Source of the DNA: Haliotis cracherodii
Lineage: Eukaryota
NCBI RefSeq assembly: GCF_022045235.1
Contig: NW_027266267.1
Coordinates: 14,942,001 to 15,006,000 of the forward strand
Reading direction: 5' to 3'
DNA length: 64,000 nt
Part shown: positions 25,196-38,208 of the stretch, piece after piece
Layout of the letters: every line of letters begins with the position of its first letter
How positions within the stretch are numbered: the stretch's first letter is position 1
The notes under the pieces: generated by a model
What the model saw: the letters and a program-made list of their open reading frames with translations, nothing else
The model's database searches: none
Told to the model about the DNA's origin: nothing
Translations under genes and position numbers: made by a program

Positions 25196-27010
25196 GTAAG
25201 TCTGGAGATCACTCTTCTCATCCAAGATCAAACTTAGTTAGCAGTTTGTCAAGAAACACTGATTAAATGCTCTTGCTATTCAGAACACTAGAAGCGGTTG
25301 TTGCAACTTGCATGAAGGTCTATGACTGAACTGGCATTATTACCTACGAGGGCAAACACATCGGGGTTCATAAAAATCATATGTGCCCTAAGGTCATATC
25401 ACGTCATGAGACAACAGTGAATTGTTTCCGTCATCCGGATGGCATTGTTGATGTCATTCGAATCTTATTGTAACATGGGGTCGGAATGTCACACAAGAAA
25501 CAACATTGTAGCTCAGATTGTTGACGTTAATCGACAAATTGTGGTTTTTGCGACTTGCTGTCCTTGAAGGTAAACACTACAATTCATCTCTGTTTGAAGA
25601 CATCTACTTCGGTAATAAAAAAACATTATTCATGTCATGGCACTCGTGCCTATATACCGGAATTTGTGTCGTAAACATAGTATGACATGAACATTCACAC
25701 TTTCCTCTATTTAATGAGACACACTTACCAGGAGGTAATTACTGGTTTTATGTGCACCTTATATGGAACTGATGACCGGTTTACCATGTTTACCACGATG
25801 TTTGGATATTGATAATTGCTTTTACTTTCTTTATTTTTTAACATATCATACAGTTTTATTCATGTTAGATGAGAAGTTCACATAACTAAAGCATTTTCCA
25901 ATGACAAGATGCCGTTCAAACGGCCATGATACTGACATTCATAACCTTATAAGTTTGAACAGACACATTTTGAGATTCATATATTTTTCGCGAGCTGTTT
26001 TCATGAAATGGTGTAGACTACTTACACCTTCTTGGGAAATCCTGGGAATTCCCTAGCATGAATATATACAGTAGTGCTGTTTTTGATCATTTAGAGCCAT
26101 TAATATGAAATTCAGAGATTTAGCATACATTGGGAATAGTCAAAACGCTTCATAGACATCACATGATTTGTAACTTATGTCTACAACAAAACGGAATCAG
26201 CATTTGAGACAAATGAAGATGAACTAAAAAACAATAACATATACCTGTGAAAAAAAAGTTGGCAAATATTTTTGAAAACTTATGGTGCCCTTTTGAAGAT
26301 GACTCCACCACTCTCACACATAGATCATGAGGCTCATGATATCAATGACTGAATTGTCTGGTCCAGACTTTATTATTTTTACAGTCTACCTTCATATAGC
26401 TGGAATATTGCTGAGTGTGGAACTAAGCCTTCCTGAACATAAAACAAACAACAACATTATATGGTAGCATAAAACTGTTGTTATACTTTAGACAGATTGG
26501 TTCATAATAAGATAAACTATTGACCTTCATGTCATAACATTTATTGTGACCACTGACCAGTTCTTTTAGATACATTTCTTATCTTGTCAAAAAAATCTAT
26601 CGTTCTATCAGAATCTAATTTTTATACTATTGCACTATCCTGTACAGTAACATGCAAGTCTGACACTGATTTGGTCCAAGAACTATAATACATGTATTTT
26701 TATCATACAGTACATTCAGTGCGGCCAACCAACATTCAGTAATTATGTGTAAATAATAACAAAATGGACCAGTCCAGGGGAAATAATCAGTGGTGATTGT
26801 CTCCCCTTGACTAGTGGAACAGCACAAATCTCAGGCTAGAAATGTTTCTGTAAGTCAAGTGGGCACTCATACTAGATGAGGGGTAGGTGAACGATGACAC
26901 TTTACAGTTATGTTCATAATCCTATACAAAACCAGCTGATAAACCTATTCATGATTCTCCAACAGTCCCGATGACTGTAAATGTATATAATGGGATATTT
27001 TCTTTTGCAG

Positions 27011-27679
27011 TGTTACAAGCTCCTCCCCCTCCTCCACCCACAGGAAACTCAGGGTCATCAGACTCCAGCCTCTTCCTCCCACCACCCCCTCCTCCCCCAC
27101 TCCCAAATGTCTCTCCAGCATTTGTACCCCCACAGCTGAGAAGCCGCCCCCCAGGTCCCCCTGGCCCGCCCGGAAACAGACCCCCTCTCCCACACAGACC
27201 ACCCATGCCTTCCAACTACGGACACCCACCGATGATGATGAAGGGACCTCCCATGAGACACCCGATGCATGGACCGCCGATGGGTCCTGGTCCATACGGC
27301 TACCCTGGTCACGGACCGCCAATGATGAGACCGCCAGGGTCAGAGGCAACGATAGAAAGACCTAAAGTTGTGTATTCAGCTCCTCCAGTGAGGAAGTTCC
27401 CCAAACCTGAAAAGAAGAATGAGAGCTCTGTGACTGAGAGTAACACTGTTGTAGGCGAAAGCGGGCCCGTGATGCCGGCAGTTGACGGACTTGCAGAAAG
27501 GATCCACATGGAGTATGAGGAGGCGTCGATGATGGGCATGCAAGGCATGGAGCTGATGGAGCAGGAGGCTGACATGATGCAAGGCTCCAAGAAGGAGAAG
27601 AAGGAGAAGAAGAAGAAGTTTATTCGGACGGCAGCAGGAACAGTATGGGAAGATCCTACCCTATCAGAGTGGGATCAAG
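27011..27679 (+). CDS. RBM42: RBM42 coding exon 3 (Pro-rich region)
   Basis: Acceptor ttttgcag|; 'AFVPPQLR' and 'KKFIRTAAGTVWEDPTLSEWD'; donor G|GTAGGT. Confidence 0.93.
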
Positions 27680-27880
27680 GTAGGTTGAGTTCATATGAGG
27701 TTTACAGGAGGAGTTACACTGGTATGGCCTATTGCAGTTTCAAAGGGTTGTTCTACTTTCTGGTCACATTTCAGTTGGTAGAATATATTTAACAAGTTAT
27801 AAATAAATTGCTGATTGCATCTGATTGGCTAACCTTTGCGTGTGTGTTCACATAAATAAAGAGAACATTATAGATAATTT

Positions 27881-30800
27881 TATTTTACCTTATCCTGACT
27901 CCTACTAATTGCCTATCTCTCTCTATTTCCGAAAGGTAGTAAAAACTTCCTGAACTGTGCTCCCGGAGAACAAACACAGCTCATTCGAACACACCTATGT
28001 CCTGCGTATCTGCACCAGAAACATGTGATGAAGTTGGTATACTTTTTACTCCCAATCATTTTCACGCCAACTGAGTGGTCAGGGAAAATCTCCTGAGCTT
28101 TGTAATCCAAGCCGTTCTATCAAAATGAACCCTTTTCATGAAAAGAATTCGGCTCGGATTACATTCTTCTAGCCTTTTTTCATCATATGTAATGTTGTTT
28201 TTAAATTTTTACTTAAAATGTTACTTCTGTTTTCACTATGAAATCATGTATTGTATGTAGTGTGCATGTTTGAGATCGAAATCCTCACCCCATTTGCTTG
28301 TCCTTTGTCCCTCAATGCTGCACAACAGAGGATAGATGTAGTTTCTGTGTCCCTTTGGGGGGAGAAGAATTTTCACAGCACCTGTTTGCAGTACAGATGA
28401 AGGAGAAGGACTGTAGGATGAGGGAATCATCTAGTTCTATATCATCTTCATCAGAGATTACTTCAGTGAAGAAGAAGAGGATGACACTACTCCTACACTT
28501 TCTTCAGAGGAAGACAGGGATCTGACAGTTTCTTCCCTGGGCAGCAGAAGTCTTGACAACCTTCTCAAGGACTCAACTAAATTAAAGAAGAAGTCAACTG
28601 CTGTTCTGCTGAGCCTAAGAAAAATCTTCAATCCCTGGCAAGGAGGAAGAGTTCTTCTGCTACATCAAAGTTGTCTCCAGCCAAGAAAGAACATGTCTAC
28701 GCTGATGTGATCACCACCATGAAGCCATTTGCTATATCATTGGTGAAGGGGTCTACAATGTTGTAATCAAAGACACAAAAAGAAGGATAGCTGCACACAG
28801 CCGACCACTTCAATGCTGCTTCAGACAGTAGTTTCACCACTATTATCAGAAGCAGTCACACTTGTTTGACCAGTCCTTCTTGCAGCCGCACACCTTCACA
28901 CAGGCGTCAGCTTTTACTCAGCCCCAGACCGTCACACAGCTTCAGGGGTTCACGCAGAAGCCAACCTCCTCGCAACCCCAGATGTTCACACAGCAGCCAA
29001 CCTACACACAGCCTCAAGGGTTCGTGCAGCTTCCAATGTTCACACAGCCTACATCATTACAACAAGGTGCAATACCAGCTATTACTACAAGCTCAGACTT
29101 AGTAGAAAGCATTACCCAGCAATTTTTACTTGCTATGCAGCAGCACCAGACGACTCAACACATCATACCCTGTCAACGTCTTTCTCTAAGGATATGTGGC
29201 AGACTTCACGCCGTTCGTCCACAAGTCCGAAACCCTATCGCCTTGTTCCTTTCACAGGAAGAGGATGTGTTCGAGCCTACTGTTGAAGAGACATCAACCC
29301 GATTGGAAGATATCCTTCCATCTATGACGATTATGAACTACTAACCTGGATCGTCCTGTAATGGCCCCATCACTACATTCTCAAGAGACTGTTCCCCCTC
29401 TGATACTTCCTGTATGGAAGGGGAGACATCAACATTTTGACTATTCCAAAATCAGAACTCAAGCACTGCCAACACCGGGGTTTAACCCCAAGAAATGGCA
29501 TTGCCACGGCATGACGCCCTTCCTCCGGGCTTCGAAAGTAGTACGCTCTTATGTGAAGACATTAAGAATAGAGGGGAAGACAAGAAGTTGGCACAATTGG
29601 CACAATTAGATCAGACTACTAGATGTTCCTTCTTCGGCCTAATGATGTCACATTTTATCAACGAGGCGATGTTAAACGATCTCAAGAATCCACTCACTGA
29701 CAGAAATATTGTTCTTGTCAGCAGTGGTTGGTCAAAGGAAGACTTTATAAGTTACATGTCAGCAGGACTTACACTTTGATATCTACATTGGTGGACAATC
29801 AAGTGGAATGTCTGAGGTGGAACCTTTTTGAACGAGCTGGAATACACCAAGCATCTTTTCATGGACGCATCCCTTCAAGGATGGTGCGCTCACTTCAATT
29901 CAGATGTAGCATAGGGTCATCAGAAGAAAAGCTTCGCCACATCAATCATCTAGACTTTGGGGCAGTCATCCGAACTATAGCTCATTGGGCCCCACAGCTG
30001 AAGAACACATTCTTAATTATAAAAACAGACAACTCAACTGTGGCGTTCTACATAAATCTCCAAGGAACGATAAGATCTGCCACCCTTCTGACATTAACAT
30101 TTCAACTGTACAATCTCACAGACAGCCTCAACTTAAGGATAAAGGCAAGATACATCCAGGAGTATCAAGCATACTAGCGGACGCCCTATCAAGATCATCC
30201 AAGCCATCACAAGCAGAATGGATGTTACATGCAGAAGCATTCTGATTGGTGACAAGGAAAGGAGGTTGCCCATCAGGGGATCTCTTTGCAACCAGATTCT
30301 ATAGGCAGATAACAATCTTCATTTTACCAGTAGCGGACCCTCAAGCTTGGGCATTCGACACGCAATATGTTTGAAGGGACTACACCAGCACTGATGCCTC
30401 TGATATTACAGAAGATCACTCACACCAAGAATCCATTACTGCTTTTGATCGCGCCTTATTGGCCAGCCAGAACCTGGTTACCAGAGCTGGAGCTGACTTT
30501 GAACATGTGACTAAAAAGACCCTATTCCTTCTGGCACTAGCCATGGCAGCCAGAATGTCTGAGATACATGCAATCGACTTCAGTCGTACCAGATTTGACA
30601 GCGGTGAACATGCATCATCCCCTCTCAGCTTGAGATGGGATTTCATCGCAAAGAATCAGTTGCCTGGACAACGTGATAGACAGTTGATGTCCCAGGGCAG
30701 AAGACCCTGAAGACTTGCCCTTGTGCCCAGTTGGAGCATTACACATCTGTCTTCATCCTGTAATCAGGGAATGCTACTTCAGAAGTCTCCAGAACAACGG

Positions 30801-31460
30801 TCTCCTTCTGAACGAAAACACTTATGCTCAGAGCATACAGGGCATCAGGGTGAGACACACCCTATAGCATCCAACCCACATGAGGTCAGAGCTATAGCTT
30901 CTACACTGACCCATCATGGATACTGCTCTATCCCGACTATTGTGAAGGTTTGTTTCTGGAGATCCAACATCGTCTTCGCGAATCATTATCTCAGATATAT
31001 CGCCACAGAAGATGTAGCTGGCATCCATCAAATTGAACCTTAGTAGCTACACAGCAACTGACAGTGCCTACTAGAAGATAGACTAACTACACTCACCCAG
31101 GATCACAGAGACTTGTTGATGTCAGGTGGCTGCCCCATAACCACTGACCGAGAGTCCATGCTCCCCTGTTTTACTTTCATGATTATACTAAGTGTGGGAC
31201 CTTCTCTTAACATTATAATCATTTCAAGTAAGCTGTAAAATATTTTCTATGCACACTTTATCAAATCCATCGACTCAAAGAGGAGGTGGTACCCCACAGA
31301 GATTTAAGAAAAACAAGAAGTTTGTAACATTCTCATGAGGTTGTATGAACAGATTTGAATCATGCCTACAGATGGATTCTAGCAATAAGTATGAGTCAGG
31401 ATAAGGTAAAATATGTAATTTTTAGAGTAAAAATATCATTTATACTTATCCTTAAACATA
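27881..31460 (+). mobile_element. Decayed DIRS-type tyrosine-recombinase retrotransposon in RBM42 intron 3
   Basis: RNase H 'HINHL...TDNSTVAFYINLQG...HPGVSSILADALSR'; 'EWML...DLFAT'; YR 'KTLFLLALAMAARMSEIHAI...HEVRAIAS...FWRSNIVFANHYLR'. Complementary terminal blocks 27881-27912 and 31382-31413. RT core appears deleted. Confidence 0.88.
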
Positions 31461-33274
31461 CCCTATAGTGCTCATCGTTTTGATGTGGATACCTCCGCCT
31501 GTGCACATATGCACCACATGCATCTCCATAAAAAAAAGTTTTCAGAGTAAATTCTTAAATACGAGAAAGCCATGTTTTAGGAAGGGGCACCCTGGAAATG
31601 TGAAATTTTTAAGTTACAGGAAATGTATGTTTATATGTAATTTAATCAGCCATGTTTAAACTGGCTTCTTTTGTCATTCTTACACTTGTAAGTTTTGGCC
31701 TTCTTACATGAATAGCATATGTATTGTTAAATGTAGGAAAAAGGTTGATTGCTCAAACTTTTAGTGAAAATCTTAACTATCATCATGTATGTGATCCAAG
31801 ACGATTTTTTACACATGCTTATACTTTGTGATGTTATATGTGACATCACGTTCATATGGACTAGAACCAAATACCAAGACCTCTCTCTACTTGTCCCTAA
31901 AACATAAAGTACACTCTCATTGTCGATTTCTATAATGTTTTCTGCGCAAAATGTGTAGCCACATATATTTTGAAAATTGTAGCAAATGCAATTCTGCTTG
32001 GTGTAGCCTATATTTGAGAAGGAAGAACTTTGCTATGAATGTTAGCTTCCTCAGTGATGCAGCCGTCAAGTCATCTGTTTCAACCAGAGGTGCTTGATAC
32101 TTCAGGGATATGCTATGGTCTCTCTGTTTTGGAGTCCAGGTGCTTCTCAGTTATGTAAACTTATAGAATCCAAGGCATGAACAGGCTGGTCTGATGGCCC
32201 GAGCGGCTTGAGCGTAAACAAAGTTCTGTTCAAGTTCAGTTCATCCTACATTCAAATTCACCCCAGCCAGAGTTCCAGTATGTGCATTATTTCATCACAG
32301 TGTTGGAATAACATTTCATGAAAATCTGTTTCTGTTTTAAAGTCTGAAATAAAATGGAATCACTTTGGCTAGATAATGCTTGTGTCAATCCATCAGTTTC
32401 TGACTAGGATGGCAGGAGACTTGTTTTCATATTACACAGCTGCCATGATCGAATAAGGAATGTCTGTCAGGCTAATTAGGTGAAGCTATCATATACATCT
32501 GGTATGTAACTGGAACTTTTGTTTATTTCATTTCATTTTCATGATCATCTGTGTTTCTGATTACTGTCCCATGTGTATGGTATAGGTGGTTTAGTTCTCC
32601 TGCTATGGTCTACTGGTCGAGGCTTCAACTTCCAGATTCACCCTATAATCATGTTTGGGCAGTCAGTGGGTGACCTGTGCCTCTTGTCTTCCCCAAAGTG
32701 GAATTGTCACTGACTTGTGCCACTGTTGCCGGCTTCATTGTTACCATTTCCGATGCAGAACGGTGTCAAGTGTTTTCAGTGTTTCTAACTGCTGGTGACT
32801 ATCAGTGGTAAAATAGAACTAGATGCTGTGAGTCCCTGGGACTGACTAAAGTATAGCAATTAGATAAGTGATGACTGGTAAAAGGTCATCTAAGTAGTGG
32901 TTTCACCGATTTTCATCACTTTATGAAGACCTGCTAAAATGCTGTTATTTGGTCCAAAGTCTGAAGTAATTATCAGTAAAAATGACCAAATGTGGAATTA
33001 TCAGTGAAAATTCCCAAGTTGGATAAGACTTTCCCAATTCAGGTCCATATATTATTCATTTTAGTTCTTCTCAGAAAAGAAATGTCAGATAAACATTAGT
33101 TACACAGCTAGATATATGTATCTTCTTATTAGAACAGAACTATATATTTAGTTGTGACTAATGTTTATCTGACATTTCTGTTCTGAGAAGAAAAGAAATC
33201 AATGTTAGAACTGTCCATGTCAGATTTTCTTCTCTCAGTCACCAAGTTCCCCAATGAAATTCCATAACCATGTG

Positions 33275-33625
33275 GACGGCCTCCGTGGTCTAGAGGTAGA
33301 GCATCCGCCCGGAGACGGCCTCCGTGGTGTAGTGGTAGAGCATCCGCCCGGAGACAGCCTCTGTGGTCTAGAGGTAGAGCGTATGCCCAGAGACCGCCTC
33401 CGTGATGTAGTGGTAGAGCATCCGCCCTTAGACGGCCTCCGTGGTGTAGTGGTAGAGCATCCACCATGAGACGGCCTCTGTGGTCCAGAGGTAGAGCGTC
33501 CGCCCGGAGACTGTCTCCATTGTCTATTGGTAGAGCGTCCATCTGCAGACCGCCTCTGTGGTCTAGAGGTAGAGCGTCCACCTGGAGACTGCCTCTGTGG
33601 TCTAGTGGTAGATCGTCCACCGGGA
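33275..33625 (+). repeat. Nine tandem 39-bp copies of the SINE-A tRNA-like 5' half
   Basis: Unit GACGGCCTCYGTGGTCTAGWGGTAGAGCRTCCGCCCGGA x9, continuing directly into the SINE-A body. Confidence 0.9.
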
Positions 33626-33899
33626 CCAAAAGAGGTTAAAAGATGGTACTTGTTGTTACCCTGTCTGACGCCCGGCATTAAGGAAATAAGACAAGGACTG
33701 GTCTGCTCGGAGTCAGTTTACTTTGTCTGAGTAGGGTATTCATGTTAAACTGAGACATGGTGTTTCAGTGGGCTAGCACTATAAAATTGGCATTTGTGCG
33801 GACTAGTACAAGCAGCCACACACGCATACTTAGTGCATGAACATCACTATATGAGAGAAATAATCTTGAACGCGACGTTAAACCCAATTTCACCTCACC
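33587..33899 (+). mobile_element. tRNA-derived SINE family A (B-box segment deleted)
   Basis: Body matches the reverse complement of 7230-7554 and 35149-35375. Confidence 0.85.
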
Positions 33900-33977
33900 C
33901 CATAACCATGCCTATACACATAAGGCATCAGACATATTTGTTGCTAGAACAGTGGCACCCTGGAACCCAGTTTGGAT

Positions 33978-34158
33978 GCCTAGGACCCCCATAATATCTA
34001 GGACCCCCAAAATGCCTCGGACCCTCAAAATGCCTCGGACCCTCAAAATGCCTTGGACCCCCAAAATGCTTAGGACCCTCAAAATGTCAAGGACCCTCAA
34101 AATGCCTCGGACCCCTAAAATGCCTAGGACCCCCAAAATGCCTCGGACCCCCAAAATG
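33978..34158. repeat. 18-bp minisatellite (~10 copies)
   Basis: Unit AAAATGCCTCGGACCCYC. Confidence 0.9.
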
Positions 34159-34301
34159 TATTAGCAAGAGTCCCCAGGATGATCCAATATATAGACCATG
34201 GTAAACCGCTCATATCTTAACAGTATTTCAGTCATTTTGCTCTTAAAGTAATCCAGTCTTTGGAGAACCTGGTTTTCATGATGAGTTCTTTGTTTTTTCA
34301 G

Positions 34302-34496
34302 ATGACTTCCGAATGTTTTGTGGTGATCTAGGGAATGAAGTGACAGACGAACATTTGGCCCGTGCCTTCTCCAAGTATCCCACATTTGTGAAGGCCAAAG
34401 TTGTTCGAGATCGTCGCAGCAACAAGACCAAAGGATATGGATTTGTCAGTTTCAAGGATCCCAATGATTTTGCCAGGGCAATGAGAGAGATGAATG
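34302..34496 (+). CDS. RBM42: RBM42 coding exon 4 (RRM)
   Basis: DDFRMFCGDLGNEVTDEHLARAFSKYPTFVKAKVVRDRRSNKTKGYGFVSFKDPNDFARAMREMN with RNP2/RNP1; acceptor ttttttcag|, donor G|GTAAGT. Confidence 0.96.
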
Positions 34497-35148
34497 GTAA
34501 GTGTGATGTTGTGTTTTTCTATGTTTGTTTACCTTGAATCACTACACATAATATATGGTTTATCTTTATATGCTTGCTCGAAATGACAGGTGAGAATTGG
34601 AAATTGAGTGGCCGCAGCATCCTTGCTTGTCCTTTTTGTGATAAATACCCAGGATCCATTCTCAAGAATAGCCTGGGTTGAGTCTGAATCAAATGTCACA
34701 ATGCTCAAAAGAGCTGTCAAATTACACTCATGTCATATATGTATTAGAGAAACTTTGTGTGGAATTACTGATCCTCGAGATGGGATGGTGGCATCCCTTC
34801 CAAAACGAAACTATTGATAATCAATAGCATGAAGATATACCCTCATTGTCAGATGACGCTATTCCCAGGATAACATCAGGTTGATGCAGTGTTGAGATTT
34901 AACATAAATGTCAAGGAGTACTTGTCGTAACCCTTGCGTTAAAAGTTCAAAGTTTAAGGAGTCACCAGATAAATTTACCATACAAGCCAACCACGAGGAC
35001 CCTGGGACCTCCTTGATGCTCAAACCCTCAATGTTGTGGATCATTCACTGGATTACCTCCTTCAGACTTGATAATTTACAGGCTGTGGTGATATGGCTGG
35101 AATAGTGTTGAGTGCAGCTGTAAGCAACACTCACTCACTCCACCGGAA

Positions 35149-35375
35149 GACTGCCTCTAGTGGTAGAGCGTCCGCCCGGAGAGCGGAAGGTCCAGGGTTT
35201 GATCCCCGGCCGCGTCTTACCAATAGACGTTAAAAGATGGGACTTGTTGTTACCCTGTCTGGCGCTCAAACAAGGGCAGGTCGGCTCAGAGTCAGTATAC
35301 TGTGTCTTAGTAGGGTATTTATGTTAAATCTCAGTGAGCTAGCACTATAAATTGGCATTAGTCCGGACTAGTACC
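35149..35375 (+). mobile_element. SINE family A copy (3'-truncated)
   Basis: TAGTGGTAGAGCGTCCGCCCGG...GGTTTGATCCCC head plus the shared body. Confidence 0.8.
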
Positions 35376-35492
35376 AGCCATGACATCAAACCCACAGATC
35401 CCCCCACAGATCAGGAATGACCACAACTGTCATGTTCTCTTCTACTTCTGTCTCTTTTATCTCTTCTGCTCGCATGACCTCACTTGAACTTG
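35369..35492 (+). pseudogene. Inverted relic of the nested gene's intron-1/first-coding-exon boundary
   Basis: Near-identical to the reverse complement of 39088-39255 (…CAGATCCCCCACAGATCAGGAATGACCACAACTGTCATGTTCTCTTCT…); acceptor AG and start context are degraded. Confidence 0.8.
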
Positions 35493-35834
35493 AGTCCATC
35501 AACATGATCAAGGTGGACTGAGTGATGTGATTACTGTACCTGACAGTGATGAGGAACATTTCCACCAGGGTACACCAGCTTCCCTGGTCCTGGCTGTCAT
35601 GTAGTTTGCATGCCATGTGTATACTCTTGGCCACTCACAAACCAATGTCATTACCTTGGAACCCTTTCTGTGTGCCCTGGTAACAGTTGTCCCGAGGAAT
35701 AGAAGGAATAACAGCTGAGAAGAATATGTTCCCACAATGAAAAACTAAGGCGTCACATCATACAGATTATTTATTGTCCGATGTGAGTTTACAGATACAG
35801 TGGTCATATGTGTTACATTGAGAAGCAGGCCGGC

Positions 35835-36030
35835 AGGCAGACAGACATGATGTACAGAGACATGACGGTGTAAGGCAGGAGACACATCGAGGGGCTGTAG
35901 AGTATGTGGGTGCCCACGCCAGGAAGGCTGGACTGTGACTGACTGTCTACAGTGCTGGTACAACCTGCAGGTGCTACCTGTGGTGGCCTCACCTGGGGAG
36001 GTAGGTGTGGGCGTTACCGTCACCGCTGCA
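35835..36030 (-). pseudogene. Degenerate same-orientation relic of the nested gene's coding exons A and B
   Basis: Plus-strand CTGCAGGTGCTACCTGTGGTGGCCTCACCTG..GAGGTAGG (~35964-36005) resembles 38843-38885. TGTAAGGCAGGAG and GCCAGGAAGGCTGGAC resemble exon B; residual 'PSW' and 'LLPY' lie in different frames. Confidence 0.6.
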
Positions 36031-36640
36031 CAGAACCAGGTGGAATCGGTCAGTGGATCAATGCGTGAGACAGTGGTTAACTTACAGGTTATCTTGACAG
36101 TGTAGAAGAGGACCATCTATCTTACATGAGCAGTTTTTCCTAGCAGTATGAAATGAAGTACACAGATTTACAATTATATCCTTATGTTCAATAACTGATA
36201 GACTTCTGATATCAGGTTTCATAAAGAACACTACACCAACATACAGAGAAATACTCATGTTTTGTTTCGTTTTGAACTGATATCTCGGTTCACATTATAC
36301 ACTGGTGCACATGTTAGAATCATTCTGAATACAAACAAAACTTGAAGTAAATGTGGTTTTCTAGGGAAAAGTTCAAATTTAGCCATAGCGATTTTGGTGA
36401 ATTAATGAACACTTCCTAAGGGTCAACTTCACATGACTTCATTCCATCATGTTGTCAACAGCAACAGAGACATCTGTGTGTTACTGAATGCTGAGAGATT
36501 GCCCAAGGAAGAGCCTTGATCCAGGAGTGTGGGGTGAAACGGGGTGATACTATATATAGGTCGAGTTGGAGGGACGGCAGGGTGTCTCATGTGACTGTCT
36601 CCACTGTGAGCGGTGTGTGTCTCGACACTTGTTGCCATGG

Positions 36641-36756
36641 TTACTGTGTCCCTGCATTTCGCTTCTGTTTGCTGGCCCTGACACTGGCGGACCGGCCAAA
36701 CTGCTGTTTGAAGGCCAGGTACTCGTCAGGGAAGTAGTGTCGCACCCACACATTGT
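36641..36756 (-). CDS. Nested neuropeptide-like precursor, last coding exon (C)
   Basis: Acceptor tatctatctccgcag|AC continues phase 1: NNVWVRHYFPDEYLAFKQQFGRSASVRASKQKRNAGTQ*; first canonical AATAAA downstream at 35775-35770. Confidence 0.65.
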
Positions 36757-37396
36757 CTGCGGAGATAGATACAAGTTAAACTTGAAAAGGAGGGATACTT
36801 TTGAGTAGTTTAGTAAGTCAGTGGGTCTCTATTCTGTGGCAGATTGTCTTAGGTTTGGAAGAATATATTATGATTGTTCTATGCTGCAGGAGATGTCATC
36901 ATGTGGATATCATGTCATCAACAATTGATGCTTTCTGTTTTATTGTGGTCCCTCCTTGCGCCCCGCTTCATTACCTGAACACTGATACAGAGAATGATAT
37001 GAAGATGCTCTTCACTTCTTTTACTATGCTCTTGAAATGAAATGTATTTTTACCAACATGGTTATTCTTTACAAACAGTGCTATGCGGAAATTCGGATTT
37101 CAGTAAGGAAGAGCAAATGCTAATATTAGATTCTATTCAACACTTTATATTAAAAACTGGCAGATTTTCAGTTAAATGATTGTTTAAAATAAACTTAAAA
37201 TGGATGTATTATATGTACACATCTAGCTTGGCATGTACAATTTATTTGTAACATGTAACCTTCATTGATGTATTCATTGTAATATGTCCTATGTGTAATG
37301 GAACGTATTAACATAAGCGCTTCGCTTGTTCACCAATCCATTTCACACTCTGGTGAAAATAAATATGTTTAAACCAGAATGATACATTATGACAAA

Positions 37397-38208
37397 CATG
37401 TATAGAGTATGGTATCTGTGTTGTACATGGGTATACTCACTGTTGGCAGACATGTATAGAGTGTGGTGTCTGTGTTGTACATGGGTATACTGACTGTTGG
37501 CAGACATGTATAGAGTATGGTGTCTGTGTTGTACATGGTTATACTCACTGTTGGCAGACATGTATAGAGTATGGTGTCTGTGTTGTACATGGGTATACTC
37601 ACTGTTGGCAGACATGTATAGAGTATGGTGTCTGTGTTGTACATGGGTATACTCACTGTTGGCAGACATGTATAGAGTATGGTGTCTGTGTTGTACATGG
37701 GTATACTGACTGTTGGCAGACATGTATAGAGTATGGTGTCTGTGTTGTACATGGGTGTACTCACTGTTGGCAGACATGTATAGAGTATGGTGTCTGTGTT
37801 GTACATGGGTATTCTGACTGTTGGCAGACATGTTTAGAGTATGGTGTCTGTGTTGTACATGGGTGTACTCACTGTTGGCAGACATGTATAGAGTATGGTG
37901 TCTGTGTTGTACATGGGTGTACTCACTGTTGGCAGACATGTATAGAGTATGATGTCTGTGTTGTACATGGGTATACTCACTGTTGGCAGACATGTATAGA
38001 GTATGATGTCTGTGTTGTACATGGATGTACTGACTGTTGGCAGACATGTATAGAGTATGGTGTCTGTGTTGTACATGGTTATACTGACTGTTGGCAGACA
38101 TGTATAGAGTATGGTGTCTGTGTTGTACATGGGTATACTGACTGTTGGCAGACATGTATAGAGTATGGTGTCTGTGTTGTACATGGGTATACTCACTGTT
38201 GGCAGACA
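37397..38208. repeat. 54-bp minisatellite, 15 copies, derived from the nested gene's exon-B/intron junction
   Basis: Minus-strand unit TCTGCCAACAGTGAGTATACCCATGTACAACACAGACACCATACTCTATACATG; the terminal unit overlaps the exon-B donor. Confidence 0.95.

Noticed and set aside
28862-29344. Gln-rich 160-aa ORF as a host gene or RBM42 exon
   Set aside because: It lies within the DIRS relic at the gag position, and the RBM42 CDS is complete without it.
33165-33678. Repetitive ORFs (ALPLDHRG...)
   Set aside because: Antisense translations of the 39-bp SINE-head array.
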